A DNA stretch of 64,000 bases, taken from NCBI RefSeq assembly GCF_004015185.1, contig NZ_CP025746.1:1441776-1505775 (forward strand), given 5' to 3'. Shown in pieces: positions 41,114-51,661 of this stretch (position 1 is the first letter of the stretch; each line of letters starts with the position of its first letter). The stretch comes from Clostridium manihotivorum (GTDB lineage Bacteria; Bacillota; Clostridia; Clostridiales; Clostridiaceae). The position numbers and the translations under genes are program-made. The notes beneath the pieces were generated by a model. That model was given only the letters and a program-made list of their open reading frames with translations. It ran no database searches and was not told the DNA's origin.

Positions 41114-41992
41114 ATGATGAAAATGCCGAAAAAGTTAATGATGTTTGCAGTATCCTTTAGTACTGTGTTATGCATTACAAGTGCCATTAACTTTAAAACA
41201 GCTTTCGCAGCTACCTTACCAGAAAAGGTTTTAATAATAAATGAGAGGACAGGCCTTCAGCTTCATATGGATGCTAATAATAACATAGGTTCTTGGAATG
41301 ATCCAAAGAATACAGCAAATCAGTGGATTCTAAGACCTATAGGTAATTATTATAATATAATAAATGTTAAGTCAAACTTACAGCTTCATTTAGATTCAAG
41401 TAACAATTTTAGAGCATATAATGATGAACAAAATACATCAAACATGTGGGATATAGTCAGTGTAGGTAATGATTATTATGTTATAAAAAATGTTAGGACA
41501 GGTCTTCAACTTCATCTTACTAGTACAAATAAGATAGGGGCTTATAATGATGATCAAAATAAGTCTAATCACTGGAAGCTAGAAGATAATCTTGATGCAG
41601 AGGTAAAGGTTCACGATATTGATACTCCAGCTGTGCAGCAAAAGCAAGAAGATAACAGAGGTCAAAATGTTATTGATTATGCAAAGAACTTTTTAGGAAC
41701 TCCTTATGCATATGGAGGTACAACCCCTAGAGGCTTTGATTGCTCTGGGTTTACTCAATACGTATACAATAACTTTGGACAAACTATAGGAAGAACAACT
41801 TATAATCAAGTAAATTCTGGACAAGCAGTTTCTAGAGATAACCTAAAACCAGGAGATTTAGTTTTTACTGATCCTGGACATGTTGGGATGTATGTAGGAG
41901 ATAATCAAATGATACATGCACCGTACCCTGGAGCTAAGATTAGAATAGAAGGTATATGGAAGTTTTATGCTGGAAGAAGAATTATGAATTAG
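41114..41992 (+). CDS. secreted NlpC/P60-family cell-wall peptidase with ricin-B (beta-trefoil) lectin repeats
   Basis: Signal peptide. Three TGLQLH...N.W repeats. C-terminal GFDCSGFTQYVY...H catalytic Cys/His block. Confidence 0.75.
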   Translation: MMKMPKKLMMFAVSFSTVLCITSAINFKTAFAATLPEKVLIINERTGLQLHMDANNNIGSWNDPKNTANQWILRPIGNYYNIINVKSNLQLHLDSSNNFRAYNDEQNTSNMWDIVSVGNDYYVIKNVRTGLQLHLTSTNKIGAYNDDQNKSNHWKLEDNLDAEVKVHDIDTPAVQQKQEDNRGQNVIDYAKNFLGTPYAYGGTTPRGFDCSGFTQYVYNNFGQTIGRTTYNQVNSGQAVSRDNLKPGDLVFTDPGHVGMYVGDNQMIHAPYPGAKIRIEGIWKFYAGRRIMN

Positions 41993-42085
41993 TTTAAGCT
42001 GCAAGTTTTATATCAATAGTCAGGTAACCTATTTCTCTTCAGTAAATATAATAAAGGGACACTTAATTTACTGGAGGAAGAAAAA

Positions 42086-42709
42086 ATGCACTTGTTATCG
42101 GCGATTCTATTTGCTTTCTCATCCAATATAGACAACCTTACCGTTGGGATAGCATATGGGATAAAGAAAACTAAAATTCAATTGAGCAGCAATATACTTA
42201 TAGCTATAATTACATCCATAGGAACCTTTCTATCCATGACCATAGGTAGATTAATAACTAGTATAATATCAGTAAGAGTTGCAAACTCCTTAGGAAGTAT
42301 AATACTCGTAGCTATAGGTTTATGGTTCATTTTTGACTTTATAAGAAATGAAAGAAAAAATTATAATAAGTCACTAAATACGGAAAGTTCTGAGGTATCA
42401 GGCTATAAAAAGATAATGGAATCACCTGAAATTGCAGATGTAGACCATTCAGGTTATATAGATGTTAAAGAGGCTGTATCACTGGCTCTTGCACTAACTA
42501 TCAACAATCTTGGGACTGGGGTTGCAGCTAGTATAACTGGTATCAATATACCTATTACCGTAGCAGCAACCTTTATATTTAGTATATTTACTCTAGAAGC
42601 TGGAGGCATAATAGGTAATAGCGCCTTCTCTAAAATCTTTGGCAAATATGCTAATTTTGTTTCAGGTGTTATTATAGTTATTCTTGGAGTATATGAGATG
42701 TTTGTATAA
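42086..42709 (+). CDS. MntP/YtaF-family (DUF204) membrane protein
   Basis: SSNIDNLTVGIAYGI and second-half TINNLGTGVAASITG repeats typical of DUF204. Confidence 0.6.
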   Translation: MHLLSAILFAFSSNIDNLTVGIAYGIKKTKIQLSSNILIAIITSIGTFLSMTIGRLITSIISVRVANSLGSIILVAIGLWFIFDFIRNERKNYNKSLNTESSEVSGYKKIMESPEIADVDHSGYIDVKEAVSLALALTINNLGTGVAASITGINIPITVAATFIFSIFTLEAGGIIGNSAFSKIFGKYANFVSGVIIVILGVYEMFV

Positions 42710-43050
42710 AATATAGTAATTGAATAGGCACTAAACTATAGGGTTCTACTATGAAGACTTAAGTTTGCATGTTGAAAAATAATGAACCTATGAACTTTAA
42801 GCGTGCATAATTCAATAGTTGAAGTTTGAGACCTATATATGGAACCTTTATGAAAAATAAAATTATACTTGTTATAAAATCCAGGCTTCTGGGGATTTTG
42901 TGGCATGTATAAATTAATAGTTAAAGTTGGTTCCCTATACTTGTACCGAGATAAGTTATTTCTTTAAGCATTCTTGTTAAAGTATCTTATGACTGAATAC
43001 TTAAGTTCAGCAGGGGACATTAATAGAGCCTAAATAAAAGCCATGCATAT

Positions 43051-43095
43051 AAGGAATATAGTTTTCCTTATATGCATGGCTCTCATTTTTATATT
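43051..43095. terminator. bidirectional terminator
   Basis: gccatgcatataagg-aatatagttttc-cttatatgcatggc, a perfect 15-bp stem with T-runs on both sides. Confidence 0.65.
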
Positions 43096-43290
43096 AGGGT
43101 TTTAGTAAGTGTTAAAGATTCTAATCATGTAGTAAGTAATATTTTATAGTTTGGCTATGTTTAATAATATTGTTGAAATTAAGTGGTTGTGAAGGAGAGG
43201 CTATATGAGAAAGCTACTATAATTAAAGCCTCGGATGGCTGACCACTTAATTTCAGCACAGTACTTTACTACTTTAACAGCGCCTATAGT

Positions 43291-44190
43291 CTATGACCCT
43301 ACAAATTGTCCGCCATCTACATGAATTATTTGTCCAGTAGTATAAGTGGAGTCTTCTGAAGCTAGGTATACATAAGTTGGACCGAGCTCCACAGGCTGAC
43401 CGGCTCTTTTCATAGGTGTATCTAAGCCAAAGGAGGTGATTTGCTCCGCTGACCAGCTAGAGGGTTGAAGTGGAGTCCAGAAGGGGCCAGGTGCGACACC
43501 ATTTACTCTTATTCCTTTATCTACAAGTGAAAGAGCTAAGGACCTTGTAAAGCTTGCAATAGCACCTTTTGTACTTGAGTAGTCAATAAGTTCCTTGTTG
43601 CCTGCATAAGCGGTTACAGAAGTAGTATTTATTATTGTACTTCCACTGTTTAGATGAGGCAGTACTGCTTTGGTTAAGTAAAACATGGAGTATATATTTG
43701 TCCTAAAGGTGTCGTCAAGTTGCTGGGCACTTATATCTAATATGCTTTCTTGTGGAAACTGAACTCCAGCATTGTTAACAAGTATGTCTATATGTCCTAA
43801 CTTATCTAGTGTTATATTAACTATATCTTTTGAAAAAGCTTCTTCTCTTAGGTCACCAGGAATTAAGATACATCTTCTTCCCTTAGACTCTATAATTGTT
43901 TTTATCTCATTTGCGTCTTGATGCTCATTAAAATATACTATGGCAATGTCAGCGCCTTCTTTAGCAAAGGCTAGAGCAACAGCTCTTCCTATACCACTAT
44001 CACCGCCGGTTATTATAGCAACCTTATCCTTAAGCTTGCAGCTTCCTACATAATCAGGATTGTCAAATATAGGTCTAGGATGCATAAGGTATTCTAACCC
44101 TGGCTGTACTGGCTGATGTTGTGGTGGAAAAGTTATTGGGACTTGCTTGCACTGAACTTTTTGTCCCATGTACGGATAATAAAGAATCAA
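43291..44190 (-). CDS. SDR-family oxidoreductase (YhdF/general-stress-protein-39-like)
   Basis: TGGDSGIGRA cofactor motif and the YxxxK region (YSSTKGA). Confidence 0.85.
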   Translation of the reverse strand: MILYYPYMGQKVQCKQVPITFPPQHQPVQPGLEYLMHPRPIFDNPDYVGSCKLKDKVAIITGGDSGIGRAVALAFAKEGADIAIVYFNEHQDANEIKTIIESKGRRCILIPGDLREEAFSKDIVNITLDKLGHIDILVNNAGVQFPQESILDISAQQLDDTFRTNIYSMFYLTKAVLPHLNSGSTIINTTSVTAYAGNKELIDYSSTKGAIASFTRSLALSLVDKGIRVNGVAPGPFWTPLQPSSWSAEQITSFGLDTPMKRAGQPVELGPTYVYLASEDSTYTTGQIIHVDGGQFVGS

Positions 44191-44256
44191 GTTTCTACCT
44201 CCAAAAAAAACGTGCTTACAATATCATATGTAAGACACGTCAAAATGGAATAATAT

Positions 44257-47031
44257 TTATGCTTTTTTAATAAGCCTTCTTGATAGATGTATAATCTCAG
44301 AAAATACTATTACTGAGAAAGTATATCCTATTATCTTTAGCCACATAACTATTGATAGAGGAGAGGTCTTAAATAGTTCTCCACCAAATTGAGTTATTAA
44401 TATCTGTAGTACAAAAGTCCCACTCATCATTATCAGCATAGGTTTATTATTAAGCAAGTTAGTAAATATGCTTTCATCTCCTAGTTCTCTTGAGTTAAAG
44501 GAGTTGAACAGTTGGAACATTACAAAGGTGGTAAAGATTATACTAGGTTGCTCACTTACAGTACCACCAAGTACTTTTTTATCTATAAGCAATGCAAGCA
44601 TGAGTACTATATAAAGTCCATTGGTAAGTATGGTTGTAAGCATGTTTTTTGTTATTATGCTAGCATCTCTTTTTACTGGTTCCTTATCCATTAGGTGTTT
44701 TCTTAGGGCCTCAAGACCTAAAGATAATGCTGGAGGACCATCCATTATTAGGTTAACCCATAAAAGTTGTATAGTAGTAAAGGGTAGTGGTAGTTCTAAT
44801 ATTTCGCAGATAATTACTATAAGTACCGCAACTAGATTTACAGTTAACTGAAATTGAATGAACCTTTGGAAGTTTTCGTAGATGCCGCGTCCCCATTCAA
44901 TGGCTTTAACTATGGTTGAGAAGGAATCATCTAAAAGTACTATATCACTAGCTTCTTTGGATACTTCAGTGCCCGTAATTCCCATGGCTATTCCTACGTC
45001 AGCATTTTTTAAAGCTGGAGCATCGTTTATTCCATCGCCTGTAACAGCAACAACCCCTCCAACTTTCTTTATGAGATTTACTATTCTCATTTTTGTGATA
45101 GGTTTACTTCTAGCAATTACCACTATATTATCTAATATTTTAATAAGCTCATCATCTGACATTTCATCAATATCCTGAGCATCGATGATTATGCTGTCTT
45201 CTTTTACTACATCTAACTGCTTAGCAATAGAAGTAGCAGTTACTATATTGTCTCCAGTAAGTATTTTTAAGCTTATTCCTGATTTCTTACATTTCTCAAC
45301 AGCTTCAAACACATCTTCTCTTAAAGGGTCAGCTATGGAAACAAAGCCATCAAAGATCATAGCTTGTTCTATCTTGTTCTGAACAGAAGACCAATCATCA
45401 TGATTATTTAAATATGTTCTATGGGAAAAGGCTAATATTCTTTTAGCTTCTTTTTGTAATTTAGTTATTTCACTGGTTATCTTTTCTCTTAGTTCTTCAG
45501 TTAAAATCTCTACCTTATCGTTTATGATGATTTTATTACATAAAGAAATAATTTTTTCAGGACTTCCTTTGGAGTATATATTATAATTGTTATCTTCTAA
45601 TGTTACCGTAGTCATAGATTTCTTTTCAGAACTAAAAGGATATTGAAAAACTATGCTAGAGGCATTACGTATATCTGTATAACTTATATATTCGCTTTCC
45701 TGCGAACTGTATTTTGAACATTTGCCTTGGCATACAGAGCTGTGAAGCTCATAGTGTGGGCAGCGTTTTGGATTTACAGAGCAAACAGTGTCAGTAAATG
45801 CTTTTAAAAGAGAGCATTCTGTTGGGTTACCTATGAATTTTATTTGTCCATCTTTTATGTTGATATCGGCAGTGCTGTTTACAGTAAAGTTTTCTATCAT
45901 AAATCTGCTTTTAAGTTCAGTTGGTGTCATTAGATTTCCATTATTCCAAACATCTATAACAGACATCTGATTTTTTGTAAGTGTTCCAGTTTTATCAGAA
46001 CAAATAACGTTTATACAGCCTACAGTTTCACAAGCTACTAGTTTCTTTACTAGAGCATTGGTTCTGGCCATCTTAATTATATTTAAAGCTAAGGTCATAG
46101 CTACTATTGTTGGAAGACCTTCAGGTACAGCCGCAACAATAAGTGCTACACTTGTCATAAATGCATTTTGAACTGTATCAAAAGAGATATTGTTATGGAC
46201 ATATATTTTAAAAATCTCATAGAAAAATATTAATGCAGATATCACCACTCCTATTACTGATATAGCCTTAGCTAGTTTATCAAGTTTTTCTTGAAGTGGA
46301 GTAGACTTGGACATGGTCTTTTTTAGCTCTGAGGCTATATTACCCATCTCAGTACTATCTCCAACTGCAGTTACGATTGCAGTAGCTTGTCCATAGTTAA
46401 CAAAGGTACCAGCAAAGATCATATTGCTTCTCTCTGAAAGTGGCACTTTTGAGTTAGAGGAGATTTCATCATAATGCTTACTTACAGCTATGCTTTCACC
46501 TGTTAGCATTGATTCATCAACTTTTAATTGGAGACATTCTATTATTCTAGCATCGGCAGGTATCTTGTCTCCAGTTTCTACTTTTATAATATCTCCGACT
46601 ACTATATCTTTTTTATTTATGTATTGAATAATACCATTTCTTAATACCTTAACTTTTATATCTTCATTGATATTGTTAAGGGCTTCAAAGGCTTTTTCAG
46701 ATCTTCCTTCCATGATAATTTGGATGCTTACAGAAAGGGTTATGGCAACTAATATACCAATACTTTCAGTAAACTCTGCATGTAAGCCTTGAAGGTGTTT
46801 ATAGATATTCATACCTATAGTTATCATAGCTGCTATCATAAGTATAAATATCATCGGCTCTGATAGTGCTTCCAGTATCTTTTTTGAAAGAGATACCTTT
46901 TCAGTAGGTGAAAATTGATTTTTACCGTACTTTTCTTCGCTTTTAATTACTTGGGTGTCAGTAAGTCCCTGATCGCTGTTCAAGTTAAAGTGATCAAGGA
47001 TTTCTTCAACTGGTTCTTGGAAAAACTCCAT
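44257..47031 (-). CDS. P-type cation-transporting ATPase (Ca2+/Mg2+ type IIA-like)
   Basis: DKTGTLT phosphorylation motif, TGES, GDGINDAPAL; 924 aa with about 10 TM segments. Confidence 0.9.
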   Translation of the reverse strand: MEFFQEPVEEILDHFNLNSDQGLTDTQVIKSEEKYGKNQFSPTEKVSLSKKILEALSEPMIFILMIAAMITIGMNIYKHLQGLHAEFTESIGILVAITLSVSIQIIMEGRSEKAFEALNNINEDIKVKVLRNGIIQYINKKDIVVGDIIKVETGDKIPADARIIECLQLKVDESMLTGESIAVSKHYDEISSNSKVPLSERSNMIFAGTFVNYGQATAIVTAVGDSTEMGNIASELKKTMSKSTPLQEKLDKLAKAISVIGVVISALIFFYEIFKIYVHNNISFDTVQNAFMTSVALIVAAVPEGLPTIVAMTLALNIIKMARTNALVKKLVACETVGCINVICSDKTGTLTKNQMSVIDVWNNGNLMTPTELKSRFMIENFTVNSTADINIKDGQIKFIGNPTECSLLKAFTDTVCSVNPKRCPHYELHSSVCQGKCSKYSSQESEYISYTDIRNASSIVFQYPFSSEKKSMTTVTLEDNNYNIYSKGSPEKIISLCNKIIINDKVEILTEELREKITSEITKLQKEAKRILAFSHRTYLNNHDDWSSVQNKIEQAMIFDGFVSIADPLREDVFEAVEKCKKSGISLKILTGDNIVTATSIAKQLDVVKEDSIIIDAQDIDEMSDDELIKILDNIVVIARSKPITKMRIVNLIKKVGGVVAVTGDGINDAPALKNADVGIAMGITGTEVSKEASDIVLLDDSFSTIVKAIEWGRGIYENFQRFIQFQLTVNLVAVLIVIICEILELPLPFTTIQLLWVNLIMDGPPALSLGLEALRKHLMDKEPVKRDASIITKNMLTTILTNGLYIVLMLALLIDKKVLGGTVSEQPSIIFTTFVMFQLFNSFNSRELGDESIFTNLLNNKPMLIMMSGTFVLQILITQFGGELFKTSPLSIVMWLKIIGYTFSVIVFSEIIHLSRRLIKKA

Positions 47032-47589
47032 TTCATCCTCTCCTTAATGACTATTTGTGGTGTTGTATTTATGAAAGCTGGGACTTTAATAAATACAATA
47101 AATTTAGATTGGGCAAACAAAAAATATATGATTAAGCTTATTATTTAAATAGGAAACCTACCACTACCTTAAATAATAGCACTTAACATAGACAAAATAA
47201 AAAAGACTCATAATACAATAATCCATCTAAAAAAGATGGTCTCGTATTAAAAGTCTCACAGTGACAAACGTCATGATAAAGCCAGGTTAAAAGAAACCAT
47301 TATGTTGACTTTATCTCCCTTACGGGTAGTTACTCCCTTTTAAAGATATTAACTTTTAAGAATATAGCTTTACTTTTATAAAATAAATAGCAATAAAGCT
47401 AAGAATTTAGTGATATTTTATAACCACTTCTATTATTATATTTAATTAATTTGTAACTGTCAACGAAATGTAAATCTTTTCGCGCATATTTATGCATAGT
47501 TTTATTTTTTACTATTTACCACAAATAGCTACTGAAAAGCCTTTATATTGCTAGGTTTAGCTAAGAAAAAATAATTTCATAAACAGTAA

Positions 47590-47630
47590 AAAAAAAGCCG
47601 CATTTATAAAAAATATAAATGCGACCTATT
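47590..47630 (-). terminator. rho-independent terminator (minus strand)
   Basis: On the minus strand: gcatttata-ttttt-tataaatgc followed by ggcttttttttt. Confidence 0.55.
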
Positions 47631-47774
47631 AATGCGAATATATACTAAATATCACTAATATTTAAAAAGACCTTTTAAACAAAAATCTTTCCAAATTACT
47701 TCGTAGCAGTGATAAGTAGTTAATCACTAAAACTGTGAAACATATTTCTAAAAAGAAGCAATAAAACGCTCAGA

Positions 47775-48386
47775 TTAAAAAGAACTTGTATGTCCGTGGC
47801 TATGTGAGTTCATGAATGATGCTCCAGTTGATCCTAGATTTGAGCCCATATTTGAACTTCCTTGTTGCTGTCCGCCATATTGTTGTTGCTGTTGTTGCTG
47901 TTGTTGCTGCTGAGTTTGTTGAAGTTGTTGAAGTTGTTGCTGTTGTTGTTGTTCTCCTTGGCTCATTTGATTTAATTGTTGTTGAGTTTGCTCTATTAGC
48001 TGACTCATCTGTGCAAGGGTCTGATTTGATTGTAAGAACTGGCTAGCCTTGCTTAAATCGTTCATAGCACTTGTTATTGAAGATTGTAACTGTTGTTGAG
48101 TTTGCATTTGTTGTTGCTGAGTTTGTTGTTTGAAATCCTTTATTTGTTGTTGTAGATCAGTTATAACTTTATTTCCTTGATTGCTTTGTTGGCTACTTTG
48201 AGACTGACCACCTTGAGATTGTTGTGATCCAGACATTGAGCTTTGTTGTTTTAATTGATTTAAAGTGCTTGACATAGCGCTTAATTGATCTTTTAAGCCT
48301 GTGATTTCAGCACCTATTTCAGCATCATTTTTTTTGCTATCAACATAGTTCTCTATTACTTTTTTACTTTTTTCGTCCATCACCAA
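47775..48386 (-). CDS. glutamine-rich coiled-coil protein (low complexity)
   Basis: Long poly-Q/QQL runs encoded by CAA/CAG/TTG repeats at ~47860-47960. Confidence 0.5.
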   Translation of the reverse strand: MVMDEKSKKVIENYVDSKKNDAEIGAEITGLKDQLSAMSSTLNQLKQQSSMSGSQQSQGGQSQSSQQSNQGNKVITDLQQQIKDFKQQTQQQQMQTQQQLQSSITSAMNDLSKASQFLQSNQTLAQMSQLIEQTQQQLNQMSQGEQQQQQQLQQLQQTQQQQQQQQQQQYGGQQQGSSNMGSNLGSTGASFMNSHSHGHTSSF

Positions 48387-48497
48387 TCACTCCTTTTAAT
48401 TATTTGCTACGAAAATATCTTAACCACTATAAAATACAAATATACTGGTGTTGTTTCTACTAATTAAATGAGTATATTGGTAAATTTAAAAAAATTA

Positions 48498-49223
48498 TTA
48501 AATTTCACATTTGCCGTCAGAACAGCTTCCTGCATCAGTTTCTTCATCATCAGATTTTTTTGAAAGGAACTCTATAACTGGTGAGGAAAGTTCTTCTTTT
48601 CTTACTTTTTCAAGAACATCTAAAAATAACTCAGATGGTTGTGCTCCAGATACAGCATATTTATTATTAAATACAAAGAAAGGTACTCCAGTTATTCTTA
48701 AATTAGAAGTTCTTTCTTCATCTCTTCTAACTTCTGAAGAATATTTATCAGATGAAAGAACTTCTAAAGCTTCTTTATAGTTTAAACCAACTTCTTCTGC
48801 AAGTGTTGCCAATACTTGATGATCAGATATTAAAAGTGAGTCTACGAAGTAGGCTTTTAATATTCTTTCTGATAACTCATTCATTTTTCCTTCAGTGTTT
48901 GCATAGTGACATAATCTATGAGCATCAAAAGTATTAGTTGGTTTTAGAGCTTCAAAATTATAATTTAAACCAAGAGTTTTAGCTTGTTCTATTAATTGAT
49001 TATTTGATCCTTTAGCTTGTTCAACTGATATTCCATATTTTTTAGCTATTAACTGATCAATATTTTCCTCATAGCTTTTCTTTGCAGATGGGTCAAGCTC
49101 GAAGCTTTTAAAAACTAATTCAACCTCATCCTTATATTCAAATTTATCTAATGCATTTTCTAGCCTTCTTTTTCCTATATAACAAAATGGACATGCAAAA
49201 TCAGACCATATTTCTATTTTCAT
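48498..49223 (-). CDS. DsbA-family thiol:disulfide oxidoreductase (FrnE-like)
   Basis: MKIEIWSDFACPFCYIG (CxxC). RBS aggagg before ATG at 49223. The ORF-track N-terminal extension to 49436 is rejected. Confidence 0.75.
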   Translation of the reverse strand: MKIEIWSDFACPFCYIGKRRLENALDKFEYKDEVELVFKSFELDPSAKKSYEENIDQLIAKKYGISVEQAKGSNNQLIEQAKTLGLNYNFEALKPTNTFDAHRLCHYANTEGKMNELSERILKAYFVDSLLISDHQVLATLAEEVGLNYKEALEVLSSDKYSSEVRRDEERTSNLRITGVPFFVFNNKYAVSGAQPSELFLDVLEKVRKEELSSPVIEFLSKKSDDEETDAGSCSDGKCEI

Positions 49224-49904
49224 TTCTATTCCTCCTATTGTCCTCATAGCTACTATTTTAATTTTCTTAAAATTAAGATATACAGGTCTTATAAAAGATG
49301 TATGGATGTTAAAGAGTAAAACTGTACTGTTCGAACGTAGTGAGTTTACAGTTTTAGCCGTGGAATATGAAAAAATCATATTAATTCTTTGTGTAAGCTC
49401 ATCTAAGCATCGGAATACTAACCACTTAATTAACATGGTAGTTTAACAGAGCCGAAATTAAAAGTATACATGAGGTTTATTTATAATTTAATGATATTAT
49501 AGTCCATTAAATTTCAATACTCAATGGTATAAAAAGGAACCCATAGGGGGTATATTATTTTAATAATATTTTTGAAGATAGTCCTTGGAACTAATTAGTG
49601 ACAATATAAATTAATGGTAAATTATAGATAGTTCAATTTGTATATAAAGTTCAAAGGTTCATATGATAAGGTTATTGACGTAAAAAAACAAATTTTATAA
49701 AGTAAGCAAATTTTGTTAGGAGTTGAGATAAATCAATTAGTTTCTTCAAAATAGATATCCATTGATGTATAATTTATAAATAGATATTTAGTTTTAAATT
49801 GGGGAAGGCATACAACAGTTTTAAAACACCTACTAAAACCCACTAAAATATATTGGAATATTGTTAGTTTTATGTTGTCATAATATGTGTAAAGAGGTGA
49901 TAGC

Positions 49905-50367
49905 ATGAAGTATTATACAATTGGTCAATTCTCAAAATTAGTGGGAAAAAGTATTCAAACTTTAAGATTGTTGGATAATGAAGGAAAGTTAAAACCACAT
50001 CATATAACAGAAGGTGGACACCGTTATTATTCTGAACAACAAATTAATCAAGTTTTGCAAGTGCCAATTGTTAAGAGAACTAAAAAAGTAATTGGATATT
50101 GTAGAGTATCAAGTAATAAACAAAAAGATGATTTAGCAAGACAGGTTGCTGAGATTTGGGTTTGAAATAATAGAAAATCTATGTAATAAGTATGGGACTG
50201 ATATCGAAATAATAGATAACACTGAAAAAACAGAAGAACAGGAATTAGTTGAGGATTTAATTCAAATTGTTACAGTTTTTAGTTGTAGGTTGCAAGGCAA
50301 AAGAGCCAATAAAGCAAAGAAAATGATTAAGGAGCTGTTAGAGAATGATACTGGCGAAGAAAGTTAG
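49905..50367 (+). pseudogene. tnpA: IS607-type tnpA remnant (same internal deletion as copy A)
   Basis: Same two-ORF structure as 28582..29044. Confidence 0.7.
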
Positions 50368-51489
50368 AATTATTCCGAATATAGAGCAAGAACAAAAATT
50401 ATGGCAGTCTGTTGGTACTGCAAGATATATTTATAATTGGACGCTTGCAAGACAAGAAGAAAATCACAAAAATGGTGGCAAGTTTATAAAAGATGAAGAT
50501 TTAAGAAAAGAATTAACTATTTTAAAGAAATCAGAACTTAACTGGCTTAATGAAGTATCTAATAATGTAGCAAAACAGGCTGTAAAAGATGGTTGTAATG
50601 CTTATAAAAATTTCTTTAAAGGGTTAGCTGATAAACCAAGATTTAAGAGCAGAAGAAAAAGCAAACCTTCATTCTATAATGATACAGATAAACTAAAAGT
50701 TAAAGAAAATTTAGTATTAATTGAAAAAGTAGGTTGGATTAAAACAGTAGAGCAAATACCTACAGATATTAAATATATTAATCCAAGAATAAGTTTTGAC
50801 GGTAAGTTTTGGTATATATCTATAGGCATAGAAAAAGAAGAAACTATATCAGAAATACAGATATATCAATAGGTGTGGATTTGGGATTAAAAGATTTAGC
50901 AATAGTTTCAAATATAGATAAACCATTTAAAAATATTAACAAAGCTAAAGAAGTGAAAAGACTAAAAAAGAAGTTAAAAAGAAAGCAGAAACAAGTTTCA
51001 AGAAAATATGAAGATGGAAAAATTCGAATAGGAAAGGAAGGTGAAAACCGTTATAAATTTACTAAAACTAATAATATTAAAAAACTCGAAAGAGAATTAA
51101 AACTTATTCAAAGAAGGCTTTCAAATATACGTTTAAATCATATTCATCAAATAACAACTGCAATAGTGAAAACCAAGCCAAGCAGAATAGTTGTTGAAGA
51201 TTTAAATGTAAAGGGGATGCTTAAAAATAAACACTTATCAAAGGCTATACAAGAACAATGTTTCCATAAGTTTATTAGTATCTTAGAATATAAAAGTAAA
51301 TTTAATGGCATTGAATTTGTAAAAGCAGATAGGTTTTATCCTTCAAGCAAAACTTGTTCTTGTTGTGGCGCAATAAAGAAAGATTTAAAACTTAAAGACA
51401 GAGTTTTTGTTTGTCCATCATGTAATGCTCAGATGGATAGGGACAAAAATGCTTCAATAAATCTTTCAAGGTATAAAAAATTAGCATAA
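50345..51489 (+). pseudogene. tnpB: tnpB with single-base frameshift
   Basis: Two overlapping ORFs that together equal the 381-aa TnpB of copy A. Confidence 0.75.
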
Positions 51490-51661
51490 TATCACTAACA
51501 AGATAGTGCTGATATGTACTGTGCGTTACGCAGGATTTTAAGCCTTTGGAGCAACATATCAAACTGGAGTAGTCTTATGACAAAACAGGTTGCGTTGAAT
51601 AAGGAATAAATCTCTAAATATTAGATTTTAGTAGATTTTATGTAACGGAATAATTTAATAT

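Larger units (their letters stand above)
49806..51648 (+). mobile_element. IS607-family element, copy B (same orientation as copy A; tnpB frameshifted)
   Basis: Collinear with 28483..30326 with few substitutions. A 1-bp deletion (gaaaatac->gaaatac, ~50858) splits tnpB into 50345..50872 and 50809..51489. Confidence 0.8.

Noticed and set aside
44512-45970. Several 60-98-aa plus-strand ORFs inside the P-type ATPase gene
   Set aside because: All lie antisense within a well-supported 924-aa ATPase ORF with canonical motifs.
47816-48046. Plus-strand ORF rich in V/A antisense to the Q-rich gene
   Set aside because: It is the complementary reading of CAA/CAG/TTG repeats. The minus-strand Q-rich frame is longer and has a start/RBS context.
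49230-49436. N-terminal 71-aa extension of the DsbA-like ORF given in the ORF track
   Set aside because: The internal ATG at 49223 has a perfect aggagg RBS and begins MKIEIWSDFACPFCY, the normal DsbA/FrnE N-terminus. The extension covers the dispersed intergenic motif and has no coding character.
50809-50880. Programmed frameshifting in copy-B tnpB
   Set aside because: Copy A has an uninterrupted 381-aa tnpB that differs here only by one extra A in gaaaatac. A simple 1-bp deletion is the parsimonious explanation.
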